From: Bacteroidales bacterium
Lineage (GTDB): Bacteria > Bacteroidota > Bacteroidia > Bacteroidales > UBA7960
NCBI GenBank assembly: GCA_007118495.1
Contig: SKRM01000033.1
Location: 9,201 to 73,200 of the forward strand
Reading direction: 5' to 3'
Length of the DNA stretch: 64,000 bases
Below are positions 26,705-36,468 of this stretch, in pieces (position 1 is the first letter of the stretch; each line of letters opens with the position of its first letter). Below the pieces are notes generated by a model. That model had not been told where the DNA came from, searched no databases, and saw only the letters and a list, made by a program, of their open reading frames with translations. The translations under genes were made by a program, and so were the position numbers.

Positions 26705-28522
26705 TTAAGTGATTTTTTTAAATGGGTTATATTGTTTGCCGCCACCGGCAAATCCGGCGTTTTTGTAGAACTCTACAAATGTAAGACGCATGGGGTGTAC
26801 AAATGCCCCGAGTCCTGACATGAACAGGTTGATTCCATGACCTATGACCAGAATAATGACCATGATCACAATATTCAAAACCGGAATGCTTCCACTCATT
26901 TCAATGGCAAGGCTGTTAAACACAAACCCCAGAATGGCACTTGAAATACCCAATGCAAATAAACGGATATATGAAAGCAGGTCGCCAAGTATTCCCGTCA
27001 CCATGTTGTATGTGTTCCATAGGCCAACGCCAAAATTCATGAGTACGTTTCTGTTCATATTGTTTAGCAGGAGAATCATCACACCGCTTACACCAAGAAG
27101 GGTATAGAGCACCGGATTCAGTTTTTCCATGGCAATTCCGGTAATTTCGCTGATGGCGAACAAGCTGATTCCTCCTGTGACCAATAGAATCCACCCCATG
27201 GTGCCCACGGCATGTTTCCATCCAAACTGTCGGGTTTCATTGATGGCTTTAAGAATCATCCCGAAAATAATCTGAATGGCTCCCAACGCCAATGAAAGAT
27301 AGAACAGCAACATATTGATGTCTGTACCTTGTTGCTCAAACCTGACAGCCAGGGTTCTGTAAACAGGCAGCCCGGTTTCAAAAAGGGGTATTCCGAAAAA
27401 GACACCTGATATGACCCCGAAAAAGAAAGTGGATACACCCAGGTAAAAAATCAGTCCCATCACCTGCCTGAGCTCTTTTTTGACTTTTGGTTTCATTATC
27501 AGTGCCGCAGCAGCCATGAGAATTCCATAGCCTGCGTCTCCAAGGCAAAAACCAAAGAAAAGCACATAGAAAGGAGCGAAGAATGGTGTGAGATCTAACT
27601 CAGAATATTTGGGCAGGGAGTAGAGATCTCCAAGCATTTCAAATTTCTTCGCAAACTTTTTGTTCTTAAGTAAGATAGGGGCTTTGTCCTCTTTTGAAGC
27701 CTCCTGCTCAAGGTAGATAACAGGACTTGCGTCAAGATAGGTAAGCAATTCGTCTATTTTTTCAGATGGCACCCACCCTTCAAGCAGCATGGCTTTTCCT
27801 GCGGCTTCTTCTTTTGTGTTTTCAATAGCTGTTTGGTAATCAACAGACTCCTTGATCTCATATCCATATTTTTTTATGGCTTCGAGACTGTTTACAGCAT
27901 GTTTGTCCAATAATGAAGCTAGTTGCTTAAGTTCAGCTCTGAGTTCTTTTCTGTAATACAGCAATTCGGTAAGGGGCCTTTCTGGCGGCCTGACTTCTTC
28001 GGCATCCAATGCAGGCTCTTCATCTCCTTGCTGAATCAGGACAAAATATGTTTGACCAGCGTGGTATCCGATAACTTCGATGGGAAATTCTTCAAGCCAC
28101 TGTTGATCAAATCTGCTGGTTGGTATATTGAAGAATTTGATATACAGGTTTTGTTCAGCAAGCCTGTCAATTGTTTCACGGGAAAAATCTCCCCATGGCT
28201 TTACCTGACTGATCTCCTTATCCAACAGGTTAAGCTGCTGAAACCTTTCTTCTTGTTTTGCAAACAGCGCTGTTACCTCTTCAAAGGCTTTTTCACCATC
28301 AACATTACCAATGTTTACGGGTTGGCCGGCATTTCTTTTAAGAAGGCTTTTGACCACTGACTGAATTTGCCTGATATGATCTGTCTTTTCCCTGACTCCT
28401 TCAGAAACTTCCTGTTGTTTTTCAATCAGGTGCACCACACCAATTTCCCGCACGTGGTCAAGAAACCCGGGATAATCCTGGTGGTATACCAGGAAAGAAA
28501 ACTTATGCATGGGAACGATCAT
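26705..28522 (-). CDS. ntpI: V-type ATPase subunit I (a-subunit, stator/ion channel)
   Basis: 605 aa with a soluble N-terminal half and a polytopic C-terminal half containing the conserved Arg context (SYIRLFALG). Confidence 0.9.
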   Translation of the reverse strand: MIVPMHKFSFLVYHQDYPGFLDHVREIGVVHLIEKQQEVSEGVREKTDHIRQIQSVVKSLLKRNAGQPVNIGNVDGEKAFEEVTALFAKQEERFQQLNLLDKEISQVKPWGDFSRETIDRLAEQNLYIKFFNIPTSRFDQQWLEEFPIEVIGYHAGQTYFVLIQQGDEEPALDAEEVRPPERPLTELLYYRKELRAELKQLASLLDKHAVNSLEAIKKYGYEIKESVDYQTAIENTKEEAAGKAMLLEGWVPSEKIDELLTYLDASPVIYLEQEASKEDKAPILLKNKKFAKKFEMLGDLYSLPKYSELDLTPFFAPFYVLFFGFCLGDAGYGILMAAAALIMKPKVKKELRQVMGLIFYLGVSTFFFGVISGVFFGIPLFETGLPVYRTLAVRFEQQGTDINMLLFYLSLALGAIQIIFGMILKAINETRQFGWKHAVGTMGWILLVTGGISLFAISEITGIAMEKLNPVLYTLLGVSGVMILLLNNMNRNVLMNFGVGLWNTYNMVTGILGDLLSYIRLFALGISSAILGFVFNSLAIEMSGSIPVLNIVIMVIILVIGHGINLFMSGLGAFVHPMRLTFVEFYKNAGFAGGGKQYNPFKKIT

Positions 28523-29121
28523 ACGCTTTCCTCCATTTCCTGTAATCTGTTCTTAACAATTTTTTGGGCTGCTTTCGAAAGGTTTTCTTCATCCTCAAGG
28601 TATCGCTTGATCTTTAATATGGCTTCTTCAAAACCTGGTATCTGCACCTTTTCGTAAAGGTTTACCTTCTGGGTGGTCTTCTTTCTTGCGTGATCAAGCA
28701 ACTGCATTTTTTGGAAAAAGACTTCCCTTTCAATGGCAGTATGGGCCAGTTCTTTGATGATCTGAATGCCATCAAGATACCAGCTGGGCTTATTGAACAT
28801 GCTATAATCATGCACCTCAAATAAAACCGTTTCAAGCACTGGTGTCTTTACCCCAGCTATCTTTTTAACAGACAACTCCACATCACGGATACTCACCAAG
28901 TCATTCTCAAACTCATCCCAGAGTGCAATCGCATGCTGGTAAGCTTTTAGCTGGGCCTCAAGCTTCTGGTCAAATGCTTCAGCTGTCTCCTTGGCTTTTT
29001 TTACTTCACTGCGTAGGGCTGCTTCTTTATTCTTTAGCGTAGGAAGTGCCTTTTCCCGCACCTGAAGCTGCTTTTTCAGCCGCTGGAGATATGTTTTATT
29101 ATATTGAAATTTTATTGCCAT
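28519..29121 (-). CDS. ntpD: V-type ATPase subunit D (central stalk)
   Basis: 200-aa coiled-coil protein that follows B. It has a 4-nt ATGA overlap with ntpI. Confidence 0.88.
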   Translation of the reverse strand: MAIKFQYNKTYLQRLKKQLQVREKALPTLKNKEAALRSEVKKAKETAEAFDQKLEAQLKAYQHAIALWDEFENDLVSIRDVELSVKKIAGVKTPVLETVLFEVHDYSMFNKPSWYLDGIQIIKELAHTAIEREVFFQKMQLLDHARKKTTQKVNLYEKVQIPGFEEAILKIKRYLEDEENLSKAAQKIVKNRLQEMEESV

Positions 29122-29130
29122 GACAATTGA

Positions 29131-30459
29131 TCAACCCTTGTTTTTCCAGTATTTGTCAACAAATTCCTGTCTGATTCCAACCTCAGCCGGCTTGAAATAC
29201 TTGCCAAACAGTTCATAGGCGGTTTCAAGCATGGCATCTGTTTCGATGTTCACATCAATTGCAAGAAGTTGCCTTGAGTAGCCCTTGGCAAACTCAAGCG
29301 TCCTCTCATCATAATCGGTAAGGTCAAAACCGTTTTCCTGCTTGGTCTTTGCATTGGCTGCATCAGCATAAAGCCTGACTGCAGCATTCATAACCTGTGG
29401 GTGGTCTTCTCTGGTCTTTTTCCCGATGACCAATTGTTTTAGCCTGGAAAGACTACGGAATGGGTCAACGATCACCTTACCCACATCACTGTCCTTACGC
29501 AAAAAGAGCTGTCCTTCGGTGATATACCCGGTGTTGTCGGGTACGGCATGTGTAATATCCCCGCCTGACAGGGTGGTTACTGCAATAATGGTAATAGAGC
29601 CCCCATCAGGAAACTGAACGGCTTTTTCATAAAGCTTGGCCAGGTCAGAGTACAATGAGCCGGGCATGCTATCTTTTGATGGAATCTGGTCCATACGGTT
29701 AGATACAATGCTTAGGGCATCTGAGTAAAGTGTCATATCTGTGAGCAATACAAGCACTTTCTCATTCTTCTCAACGGCAAAATATTCAGCTGCTGTCAGG
29801 GCCATATCCGGAACAAGCAGGCGCTCTACGGGTGGGTTTTCGGTAGTATTTATAAACCCGACAATACGGTCAAGGGCACCTGCGTTGTCAAATACATTTT
29901 TAAAATACAGGTAATCATCGTTGGTAAGACCCATCCCCGCCAAAATGATCTTATCAGCTTTGGCGCGAAGAGCTACCATGGCCATTACCTGGTTATAAGG
30001 CTGGTCGGGGTCTGCAAAAAACGGGATTTTTTGCCCGGTTACCAGTGCATTGTTCAGGTCGATACCTGCAATTCCGGTAGGAATGTATTCAGAGGGTTGT
30101 TTTCTCCTGACCGGGTTTACGCTCGGTCCTCCGATTTCCTGCTCCCTGCCAAGAATTTCTCCTCCCTCAAGAGGCTCTCCGTAGGCATTGAAAAACCGGC
30201 CTGCCAGATCATCACCTACTTTGAGAGTCGGCGCCTTACCGGCGAATATTACTTCTGCATTGGTGGCGATACCTTCAGTCCCGCCAAAGATCTGCAGGGT
30301 GACCATATCACCCATGATCTTTACAACTTGTGCCAGGCGCCCGTCAACAATGGCTAGTTCTTCGTTTCCAACCCCCTTTGCATAAAGGGATACGGTGGCC
30401 TTGGTAAGTTGAAACAACTTGGTGTATACGCGTTGAAATGCTTTAGTGTCCTTTTCCAT
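29131..30459 (-). CDS. ntpB: V-type ATPase subunit B (non-catalytic)
   Basis: 442 aa with A/V-type B-subunit architecture. Confidence 0.95.
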   Translation of the reverse strand: MEKDTKAFQRVYTKLFQLTKATVSLYAKGVGNEELAIVDGRLAQVVKIMGDMVTLQIFGGTEGIATNAEVIFAGKAPTLKVGDDLAGRFFNAYGEPLEGGEILGREQEIGGPSVNPVRRKQPSEYIPTGIAGIDLNNALVTGQKIPFFADPDQPYNQVMAMVALRAKADKIILAGMGLTNDDYLYFKNVFDNAGALDRIVGFINTTENPPVERLLVPDMALTAAEYFAVEKNEKVLVLLTDMTLYSDALSIVSNRMDQIPSKDSMPGSLYSDLAKLYEKAVQFPDGGSITIIAVTTLSGGDITHAVPDNTGYITEGQLFLRKDSDVGKVIVDPFRSLSRLKQLVIGKKTREDHPQVMNAAVRLYADAANAKTKQENGFDLTDYDERTLEFAKGYSRQLLAIDVNIETDAMLETAYELFGKYFKPAEVGIRQEFVDKYWKNKG

Positions 30460-30485
30460 TACTAAGTCAATTTTCCGATTTTTTA

Positions 30486-32261
30486 TTAGGCCTTTTCTGC
30501 TTCTGCATCAGCTCTTTTTTCACCCAGGATCTTTTCCAGTTCCTTTTCATTATTCTTGAACTTCTCTGACTCATATTCTGAATAATTCATTTGTTTCAGG
30601 GCATTGATAACCCTTTTGAAATAGGGGCCTACATCTTCGAATGAGTCAAATGGGAAGTCTATATGGGCGATTTCAAGCGTTTTCTTCAACATATAATACT
30701 GGCGGTCTAGTGAAGAAGATGCATCGATCTTGTCAAAAGCGTCTTGTTGAAGGATAACGAAATCTACGAGTTCTGATCTCCAGTATTTGATGTGGTAGTC
30801 AATTGGTACACCATCATCTCCAAGAATATTGATCTGTTCGTATACTTCTTTTCCGCGAAGCAGAATGTCCTTGGCCTCAAATACGCTTTCTGTCCAATTG
30901 GGAGCGATTTTTTCATTCAGGTACTCTGCAATTTCGGGATATTCCAGATATTTTGAATAGCTGTCGATTGGGTCAATGGCCGGATATCTCTTACTGTCTG
31001 CCCTTTCCTGTGACAAAGCATAAAAACTCCTGGCCACTTTCTTTGTTGATTCTGTCACAGGCTCTTTCAGGTTACCACCGGCTGGTGATACCGTTCCGAT
31101 AAAGGTGATTGAACCAGTTTCACCATTATTAAGGTATACGAAGCCTGCTCTGGCGTAAAAGTTGGCGATAATGGCTGATAAGTCCATGGGGAAGCCATCA
31201 GGTCCGGGAAGCTCTTCCATTCTGTTTGACATCTCACGCAATGCCTGTGCCCAGCGAGAGGTAGAGTCGGCCAGCAGCAACACTTTCAGACCCATGGCCC
31301 GATAATATTCTGCTATGGTCATGGCTGTATATACCGAAGCCTCTCTGGCTGCCACGGGCATATTTGAGGTGTTGGCTATGATAGTGGTTCGTTCCATGAG
31401 TTTGCGGCCGGTACGTGGGTCATCCAGTTCAGGGAATTCTGTGAATATCTCAACTACCTCATTTGCACGCTCACCACAAGCTGCAACAATCACAAGGTCT
31501 GCCTCTGCATTCTTTGACAGGTTGTGCTGTAGAACGGTTTTCCCCGATCCGAACGGGCCGGGAATAAATCCTGTCCCACCTTCAGCCATCGGGTTTAATG
31601 TATCCATGACCCTGATGCCTGTTTCAAGGATCCTGAAAGGGCGGGGCTTTTCTCTGTATGCACGAATGGGAACCTTAACAGGCCATTTTTGAACCATGGT
31701 TACTTCGTGTTTCTTGCCATCCCTGTCTATTAGTATGGCCATGGTATCCTTCGGGGAGTATTCTCCATCACCCTTGATACTTTTGATGGTATATTCTCCT
31801 TCAAATTTAAATGGAACCATAATTTTATGGGAGATCCAGTTTTCCTTAACCTCTCCCAGCCATGATCCGGCAGTAACCTTGTCTCCTTCTTTGGCCAGGA
31901 CCTTGAACTCGAATTTCTTGTCGAAATCAAGCGGATCGGTATAGTCACCTCTTTTAAGGAAAACCCCCTCCATTTTGTCAAGGTCGTTCATCAGCCCGTC
32001 AAAATTTTTTGAAAGGATGCCAGGCCCGAGGGTTGCCTCGAGCATATGCCCCATGAATTCAACCTCAGTGCCTACCTTGAGCCCCCTGGTGCTTTCAAAT
32101 ACCTGAATATATGCCTTTTTCCCTACAACTTTGATCACCTCGGCCATCAATTTGGTTTCGCCGAGTTTGATAAAGCAAATTTCGTTCTGGGAGGTTGTCC
32201 CTTCTGTTTCTACGATGACAAGGTTGGCTATAACGCCGGTTACATTCCCAATTGTATTCAT
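30486..32261 (-). CDS. ntpA: V-type ATPase catalytic subunit A
   Basis: 591 aa with a Walker A motif GPFGSGKT and the non-homologous insert typical of A subunits. Confidence 0.96.
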   Translation of the reverse strand: MNTIGNVTGVIANLVIVETEGTTSQNEICFIKLGETKLMAEVIKVVGKKAYIQVFESTRGLKVGTEVEFMGHMLEATLGPGILSKNFDGLMNDLDKMEGVFLKRGDYTDPLDFDKKFEFKVLAKEGDKVTAGSWLGEVKENWISHKIMVPFKFEGEYTIKSIKGDGEYSPKDTMAILIDRDGKKHEVTMVQKWPVKVPIRAYREKPRPFRILETGIRVMDTLNPMAEGGTGFIPGPFGSGKTVLQHNLSKNAEADLVIVAACGERANEVVEIFTEFPELDDPRTGRKLMERTTIIANTSNMPVAAREASVYTAMTIAEYYRAMGLKVLLLADSTSRWAQALREMSNRMEELPGPDGFPMDLSAIIANFYARAGFVYLNNGETGSITFIGTVSPAGGNLKEPVTESTKKVARSFYALSQERADSKRYPAIDPIDSYSKYLEYPEIAEYLNEKIAPNWTESVFEAKDILLRGKEVYEQINILGDDGVPIDYHIKYWRSELVDFVILQQDAFDKIDASSSLDRQYYMLKKTLEIAHIDFPFDSFEDVGPYFKRVINALKQMNYSEYESEKFKNNEKELEKILGEKRADAEAEKA

Positions 32262-32267
32262 ATAAAA

Positions 32268-33098
32268 CTATTTTTCAGTAAATGTTTCGGGTAATTTGTA
32301 GCTTGACTTCAACTCATTGAGCAGTTTTTTGAACAGTTCATTGCTGTGGTCTTTGTCGATATCCAGCCAACGCTCGATCATTCCGAGCTTTATGGTGAAG
32401 GACAATATTCTTTCGATCGTAAAGTAGTGGAAAAACGTTTCTTCGTCAAGATATTTCCACTTGAGGTGGTCAATGGCCTGTTCCCGATCTCTGATATCTT
32501 CTTTGCGAGATATGGCTGTTAGTTCTTCCACATAATCAAGTTCATTGCCAAGTCCGAAGTCTCTTGCATGGCTCTTGCGGATGGTTTCAGATATTTCATC
32601 ACTCCCGATTACCTGGTTTTCATAAGAAACCTTATATTTCCTTGCAACCAGCGCAAGCATAATGTTTTGGACATTCAGCTCAAAGTGGAACCATTCGCAC
32701 ATGAAATCATTGTCGGTGTGCTGAAACATCTCATCATAGAAAAGAGTGGTCAGTTCATTTTCGGGGCTCATGTCCGGAAACAGGGGTTCTTTTGCCTTAT
32801 AAGCCGTAATAAAGCGGATCATGTACTCTGGTAAATCAATGGGCTCCTTGATATTCTCTTCCAGATGATCCTTTGAAAAATTACCCTTTTCTGAAAAGGG
32901 CTGGTCATTTTTTTCCAGGAGATTGAGCAGATTCTTGTTGTCATGGGGAAGGAACAGTTTTTCAACCAACTTGAAATCGTTTGGGTGCAATTCTGTTTTT
33001 AACTCTTCCCTGAATGCAAATTGCCCTTGCACCAGCTTGTGGATGTCCAGTGATATATCTTGCAGGCCTGCGACCAGATAATAATAATTGCGCTTCAC
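32268..33098 (-). CDS. DUF2764-family protein in the C/d-subunit position of the V-ATPase operon
   Basis: 276 aa with an N-terminal YYYLVAGL block. Its position between E and A matches other Bacteroidota V-ATPase operons. Confidence 0.7.
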   Translation of the reverse strand: MKRNYYYLVAGLQDISLDIHKLVQGQFAFREELKTELHPNDFKLVEKLFLPHDNKNLLNLLEKNDQPFSEKGNFSKDHLEENIKEPIDLPEYMIRFITAYKAKEPLFPDMSPENELTTLFYDEMFQHTDNDFMCEWFHFELNVQNIMLALVARKYKVSYENQVIGSDEISETIRKSHARDFGLGNELDYVEELTAISRKEDIRDREQAIDHLKWKYLDEETFFHYFTIERILSFTIKLGMIERWLDIDKDHSNELFKKLLNELKSSYKLPETFTEK

Positions 33099-33113
33099 TT
33101 GCCGGGGATTTTG

Positions 33114-33743
33114 TTATTTCTTTGCGTTGACTTTATCAAATAGCAGTTCGATCAACCTGGGACGGAGATAAATTTTGAAAAAATGATCGAAATCCTCGTC
33201 GGTGAATGACACCAGGTATCCGCCGTCTCTAGGCCCAATTTTAAAACCACCCTTGATCCTGTCATTAAAATCTACTTCAAGACCCTTTTTGAGCAGCTCA
33301 TCTGCCTTGGTTTTAAAGTATGTTTCGAATTCCTTTTGCTTGTCAGCGGGAAGCAATACAGTCAGGTCTACATTGTCACTTTCGCCCGGGTTCCAATTTT
33401 TTACAATGGTTTCGATGATTTTGGCAGTAAATCCGGTGTCACTGAATGCCCCTTTTGTTTCAGGTTCAATGGTTTTGGCTTGGATCAGATCGGCTACCTG
33501 TTGCTTCAGGTCTGAAATAGCTTGCCTTGCAGATAGTTGCAATTCATTGAGTGCATTTGACTTCAATTCTTCTGATTCCTTTCGGGCCTTCTCCAAGGTG
33601 GCTTCTGACTGTTTATTGGCATCGGCTAAAATTTCTTCTGCCTGCTTTGTTGCTTCTGCTACAATCTGCTCTGCTTCCTTGTTGGCCTTCTCTACCCCTT
33701 CCTGGTAGATTTTTTCGGTTAGCTCCTGAAGTTTATTTTGCAT
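33114..33743 (-). CDS. ntpE: V-type ATPase subunit E (peripheral stalk)
   Basis: 209 aa with a long charged N-terminal coiled coil (KEAEQIVAEATKQAEEIL...) and a globular C-terminus. It is the first gene of the operon. Confidence 0.72.
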   Translation of the reverse strand: MQNKLQELTEKIYQEGVEKANKEAEQIVAEATKQAEEILADANKQSEATLEKARKESEELKSNALNELQLSARQAISDLKQQVADLIQAKTIEPETKGAFSDTGFTAKIIETIVKNWNPGESDNVDLTVLLPADKQKEFETYFKTKADELLKKGLEVDFNDRIKGGFKIGPRDGGYLVSFTDEDFDHFFKIYLRPRLIELLFDKVNAKK

Positions 33744-33791
33744 TGCGTTTGGAATTTTATAATAACTGACTAGTCATAATCTCAAGGGACT

Positions 33792-33799
33792 CAAAAATA
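33792..33799 (-). promoter_or_regulatory. Bacteroidota -7 promoter motif TATTTTTG upstream of the V-ATPase operon
   Basis: CAAAAATA on the plus strand is TAnnTTTG on the minus strand, 49 nt upstream of the ntpE ATG. Confidence 0.4.
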
Positions 33800-34124
33800 T
33801 AAAAAAATATACTTTAATATACGCACCCAACGCTTTTCATCACCAGGTGTCTGTAAAGCTGGTCAGGGCGATGGCAAATGTAAGACAAATTTATTTTGTT
33901 ACAAAATTAACAACTCAAAAAAAGGCGAGAAAAAGACTGATTGAGTGATACCTTCTATGTATTGTTTGATTCATTCTATGTGAAACGGAGCGCATTGTTC
34001 AATATCATTTTGTATTGTCTAAACAATTTTGTTGAACACTTGTTTACTATAGTCAGAATGAGTCTGTTTGGCCTTTCGTGAAAAAATATTGGCCAAACAA
34101 TTTTTAACCCCAAAAACCTATAAG

Positions 34125-34790
34125 ATGAAAACCGTGAAAAAACTTATCATGTTGATTGTTACTGTTGTGTTTATGACCGCATGTGGTAGCAATGGCGAAA
34201 AAAGGGCAGAGATTATGGAACGACTTGAAAGGGGAGAGATTCCTGCTGAAGTTGTGGTATTTAACATTGATCCGATTGACAGCCAGGTAGCCTGGCGAGG
34301 GACTAAAATTGGTGGTGAACATGATGGGACCATAGGTGTGGGCCAGGGTGAACTCTATGTTTATGATGATGAGCTGCTTTCAGGTGAAGTGGTGATCGAT
34401 ATGACACAGATCGTAGTTTTGGATATTCAGGATCCCACCAACAATGCCCGCTTACAGGCTCACCTTGAATCTGACGATTTCTTTTCAGTTGAGACTTACC
34501 CGGTTGCCAACTTTGAGATCACCTCGGTGCAAGCAATTGAAAACACTTTGCCCGGCGAGAACAACTACCGTGTTTTCGGCAATATGACCATTAAGGGAAT
34601 CACGCATGGAATAGCATTTGACGCTATGATAGAGTTGGCTGATGACCTGATCATTGCCAGGGCAGATTTTGACCTTGACAGGTCACGCTGGGATGTGAGG
34701 TTTGGCTCAGGCAGTTTTTTCGACAATCTGGGTGACAACCTGATTCATGACGACTTCAATTTAAAACTTCACATCATTGCCAGGAAGTAA
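34125..34790 (+). CDS. YceI-family periplasmic lipid/polyisoprenoid-binding lipoprotein
   Basis: The start is moved to MKTVKKLIMLIVTVVFMTACGS, which has a lipobox. YceI-like beta-barrel segments are present (GGEHDGTI, GNMTIKGITH). Confidence 0.78.
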   Translation: MKTVKKLIMLIVTVVFMTACGSNGEKRAEIMERLERGEIPAEVVVFNIDPIDSQVAWRGTKIGGEHDGTIGVGQGELYVYDDELLSGEVVIDMTQIVVLDIQDPTNNARLQAHLESDDFFSVETYPVANFEITSVQAIENTLPGENNYRVFGNMTIKGITHGIAFDAMIELADDLIIARADFDLDRSRWDVRFGSGSFFDNLGDNLIHDDFNLKLHIIARK

Positions 34791-34810
34791 GCACCAAAAA
34801 TAATCCCTGG

Positions 34811-36430
34811 TTAAAAGGGGAAATCATCTGTAATGTCTTCACGTGGGCCATCAGCTTCTTCGGGTGCCCTGGCTGTTTTGTGAACAGGCATTCCTGCTAC
34901 GTAAATTGCCTTAAAAGGCTGTGTCGGACAAGCAAACTCGCAGGCACCACAGCCAATGCATAAAGGCGGGGTTACCTGGGGTATAAACAAGCCATCTTCA
35001 TAGGGCACCATTTGAACGGCCTTGCTGGGACAGTGTTCTGAACAGGCTCCGCAGTCAGTCCTGTCGGTGGTTACCACGCAGCTTTCATACAGAAACCTAA
35101 CTACTCCTATCTTGATAACCCTCTTTTGTTCGGGTGTTTGCTTCGTGATAGCACCTGTGGGACAAATCTCGGTACATGCAACACAATCATAATTGCAAAA
35201 GCTCTTTTCAAAATCAAGCTTTGGCTGCATAAATCCTTCCAGCCCATAATCAAAAAATGAAGGGGTGATTACTTTGGTCGGGCATTTACTTACACAAAGG
35301 TAGCATGCAATGCAATGCTTTGTAAAATGTTCGTGGCTGATTGAGCCGGGAGGGGTTACAGGCTTTCTTACCCCGGGAGGGATCATGCCAGCCTGGCTTC
35401 TGTTTTGAAGCTGCGTTTGCTGTCTGTCAACCTGTTGTGTCCTTGATCTTTGGGCAAAAGCCTGGGTTTTGAGCAACGGAAAACTTAGTAGCCCTGATGC
35501 CAGCGTCAGAAGAAATTCTCTTTTGTTGCCACTGTTTTCAATTTGTGCCTTGCGAGCCGGGAGTGTACTGCTTGTTGTAAAATGCAGGCCCTGGTTTGGG
35601 CAAGAAGAAAAACAGTTAAAGCAACTGATACAGCGACTGTGATCAACTTTAAGTGAATTGCTGTCAAGACATTCTGCCTTGCACACCCATTCACACTTTT
35701 TGCAGGCGGTGCAGGCACCGGGTGTAAATGCTATGCGGAAAACCGGGCTGACAGAAAATAAACCCAAAATGGCACCAGCCGGACAGAGGGTGTTGCAAAA
35801 TAGCCTGCCTCTCCATATGGCCATAATGGTGATGACAGAAACTACCCCAAGCGAAACCATCATGACTTCCCATGGCAGTGAGTGCATACTCATAGGGGCA
35901 ACGGCAAATATATCAAAGCGCTCAAGGGTGAATGCCAGGGCGTTGTTTGCTGCGATATAGGCCGGGTGGAAAACACTGACGGCCAGTTTCCCGAAATTTG
36001 AGTAGGGGTCAAGGAGGTTTAACAGAAAGAGGCTCCCTGATATCCACAATATCAGAGTTGCCGCCAGCACTGAATATCTCAGTATGAGTTTCCGGTTTTT
36101 AGTAAAATGGAATCGCCTGTTTTTCTTCTTCTTAAAGAGTCTGCTTATGGCAATGACCATGTCCTGGAACGTTCCCATGGGGCAAACTGAAGAACAATAT
36201 ATCCTGCCAAAGATCAGGGTGAGCAGGATGACCAAAACAAACCCAAGGGCTGATATACTGAAAAATAAAGCCATGAAACGCAGTATGGACGGAAGCAATT
36301 GCAGTCGTAATGAGAGCTCTCCCAACTGACTTAAAGCGGGAAGGCTGATGCCAAGAAACATAAACAGTATGGCCGTGAAGAAAAGCAGGGATACAAGTAT
36401 CCGGATTTTTTTTAAATATTGTAACCTCAT
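34811..36430 (-). CDS. membrane-bound polyferredoxin (NapH/MauN-like N-terminal domain plus multiple 4Fe-4S motifs)
   Basis: 539 aa with several N-terminal TM helices and two CX3CP motifs (CSSVCP, CNTLCP). About six ferredoxin-type Cys clusters follow (CTACKKCEWVC, CISCFNCFSSCP, CIACYLCVSKCP, CVACTEICP, CGACSEHCP, CIGCGACEFACP). Confidence 0.8.
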   Translation of the reverse strand: MRLQYLKKIRILVSLLFFTAILFMFLGISLPALSQLGELSLRLQLLPSILRFMALFFSISALGFVLVILLTLIFGRIYCSSVCPMGTFQDMVIAISRLFKKKKNRRFHFTKNRKLILRYSVLAATLILWISGSLFLLNLLDPYSNFGKLAVSVFHPAYIAANNALAFTLERFDIFAVAPMSMHSLPWEVMMVSLGVVSVITIMAIWRGRLFCNTLCPAGAILGLFSVSPVFRIAFTPGACTACKKCEWVCKAECLDSNSLKVDHSRCISCFNCFSSCPNQGLHFTTSSTLPARKAQIENSGNKREFLLTLASGLLSFPLLKTQAFAQRSRTQQVDRQQTQLQNRSQAGMIPPGVRKPVTPPGSISHEHFTKHCIACYLCVSKCPTKVITPSFFDYGLEGFMQPKLDFEKSFCNYDCVACTEICPTGAITKQTPEQKRVIKIGVVRFLYESCVVTTDRTDCGACSEHCPSKAVQMVPYEDGLFIPQVTPPLCIGCGACEFACPTQPFKAIYVAGMPVHKTARAPEEADGPREDITDDFPF

Positions 36431-36468
36431 AGAATGGTCAGTAAGAAATGGAAAGAAGTGTATCCTGG

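Noticed and set aside
33202-33708. Long antisense ORFs inside well-supported genes: 33202-33708 (168 aa, opposite ntpE), 14562-15095 (177 aa, opposite pgk), 20069-20572 and 21357-21869 (opposite the OM barrel gene), 31315-31692 (opposite ntpA), 41100-41585 (opposite GH3), 46644-47135 (opposite ptrB) and 59071-59538 (opposite Smr).
   Set aside because: Each overlaps a gene with clear family motifs on the other strand. Their translations are Ser/Leu/Pro-rich and lack motifs, as expected for chance antisense frames.
34066-34098. Hairpin GTTTGGCC-N17-GGCCAAAC in the yceI leader, and the imperfect hairpin at 60085-60113 before wzx, considered as riboswitch or attenuator candidates.
   Set aside because: Both are short single stems with no conserved riboswitch core sequences I can recognise (no B12 box, TPP, SAM or FMN signatures). 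The evidence is insufficient.
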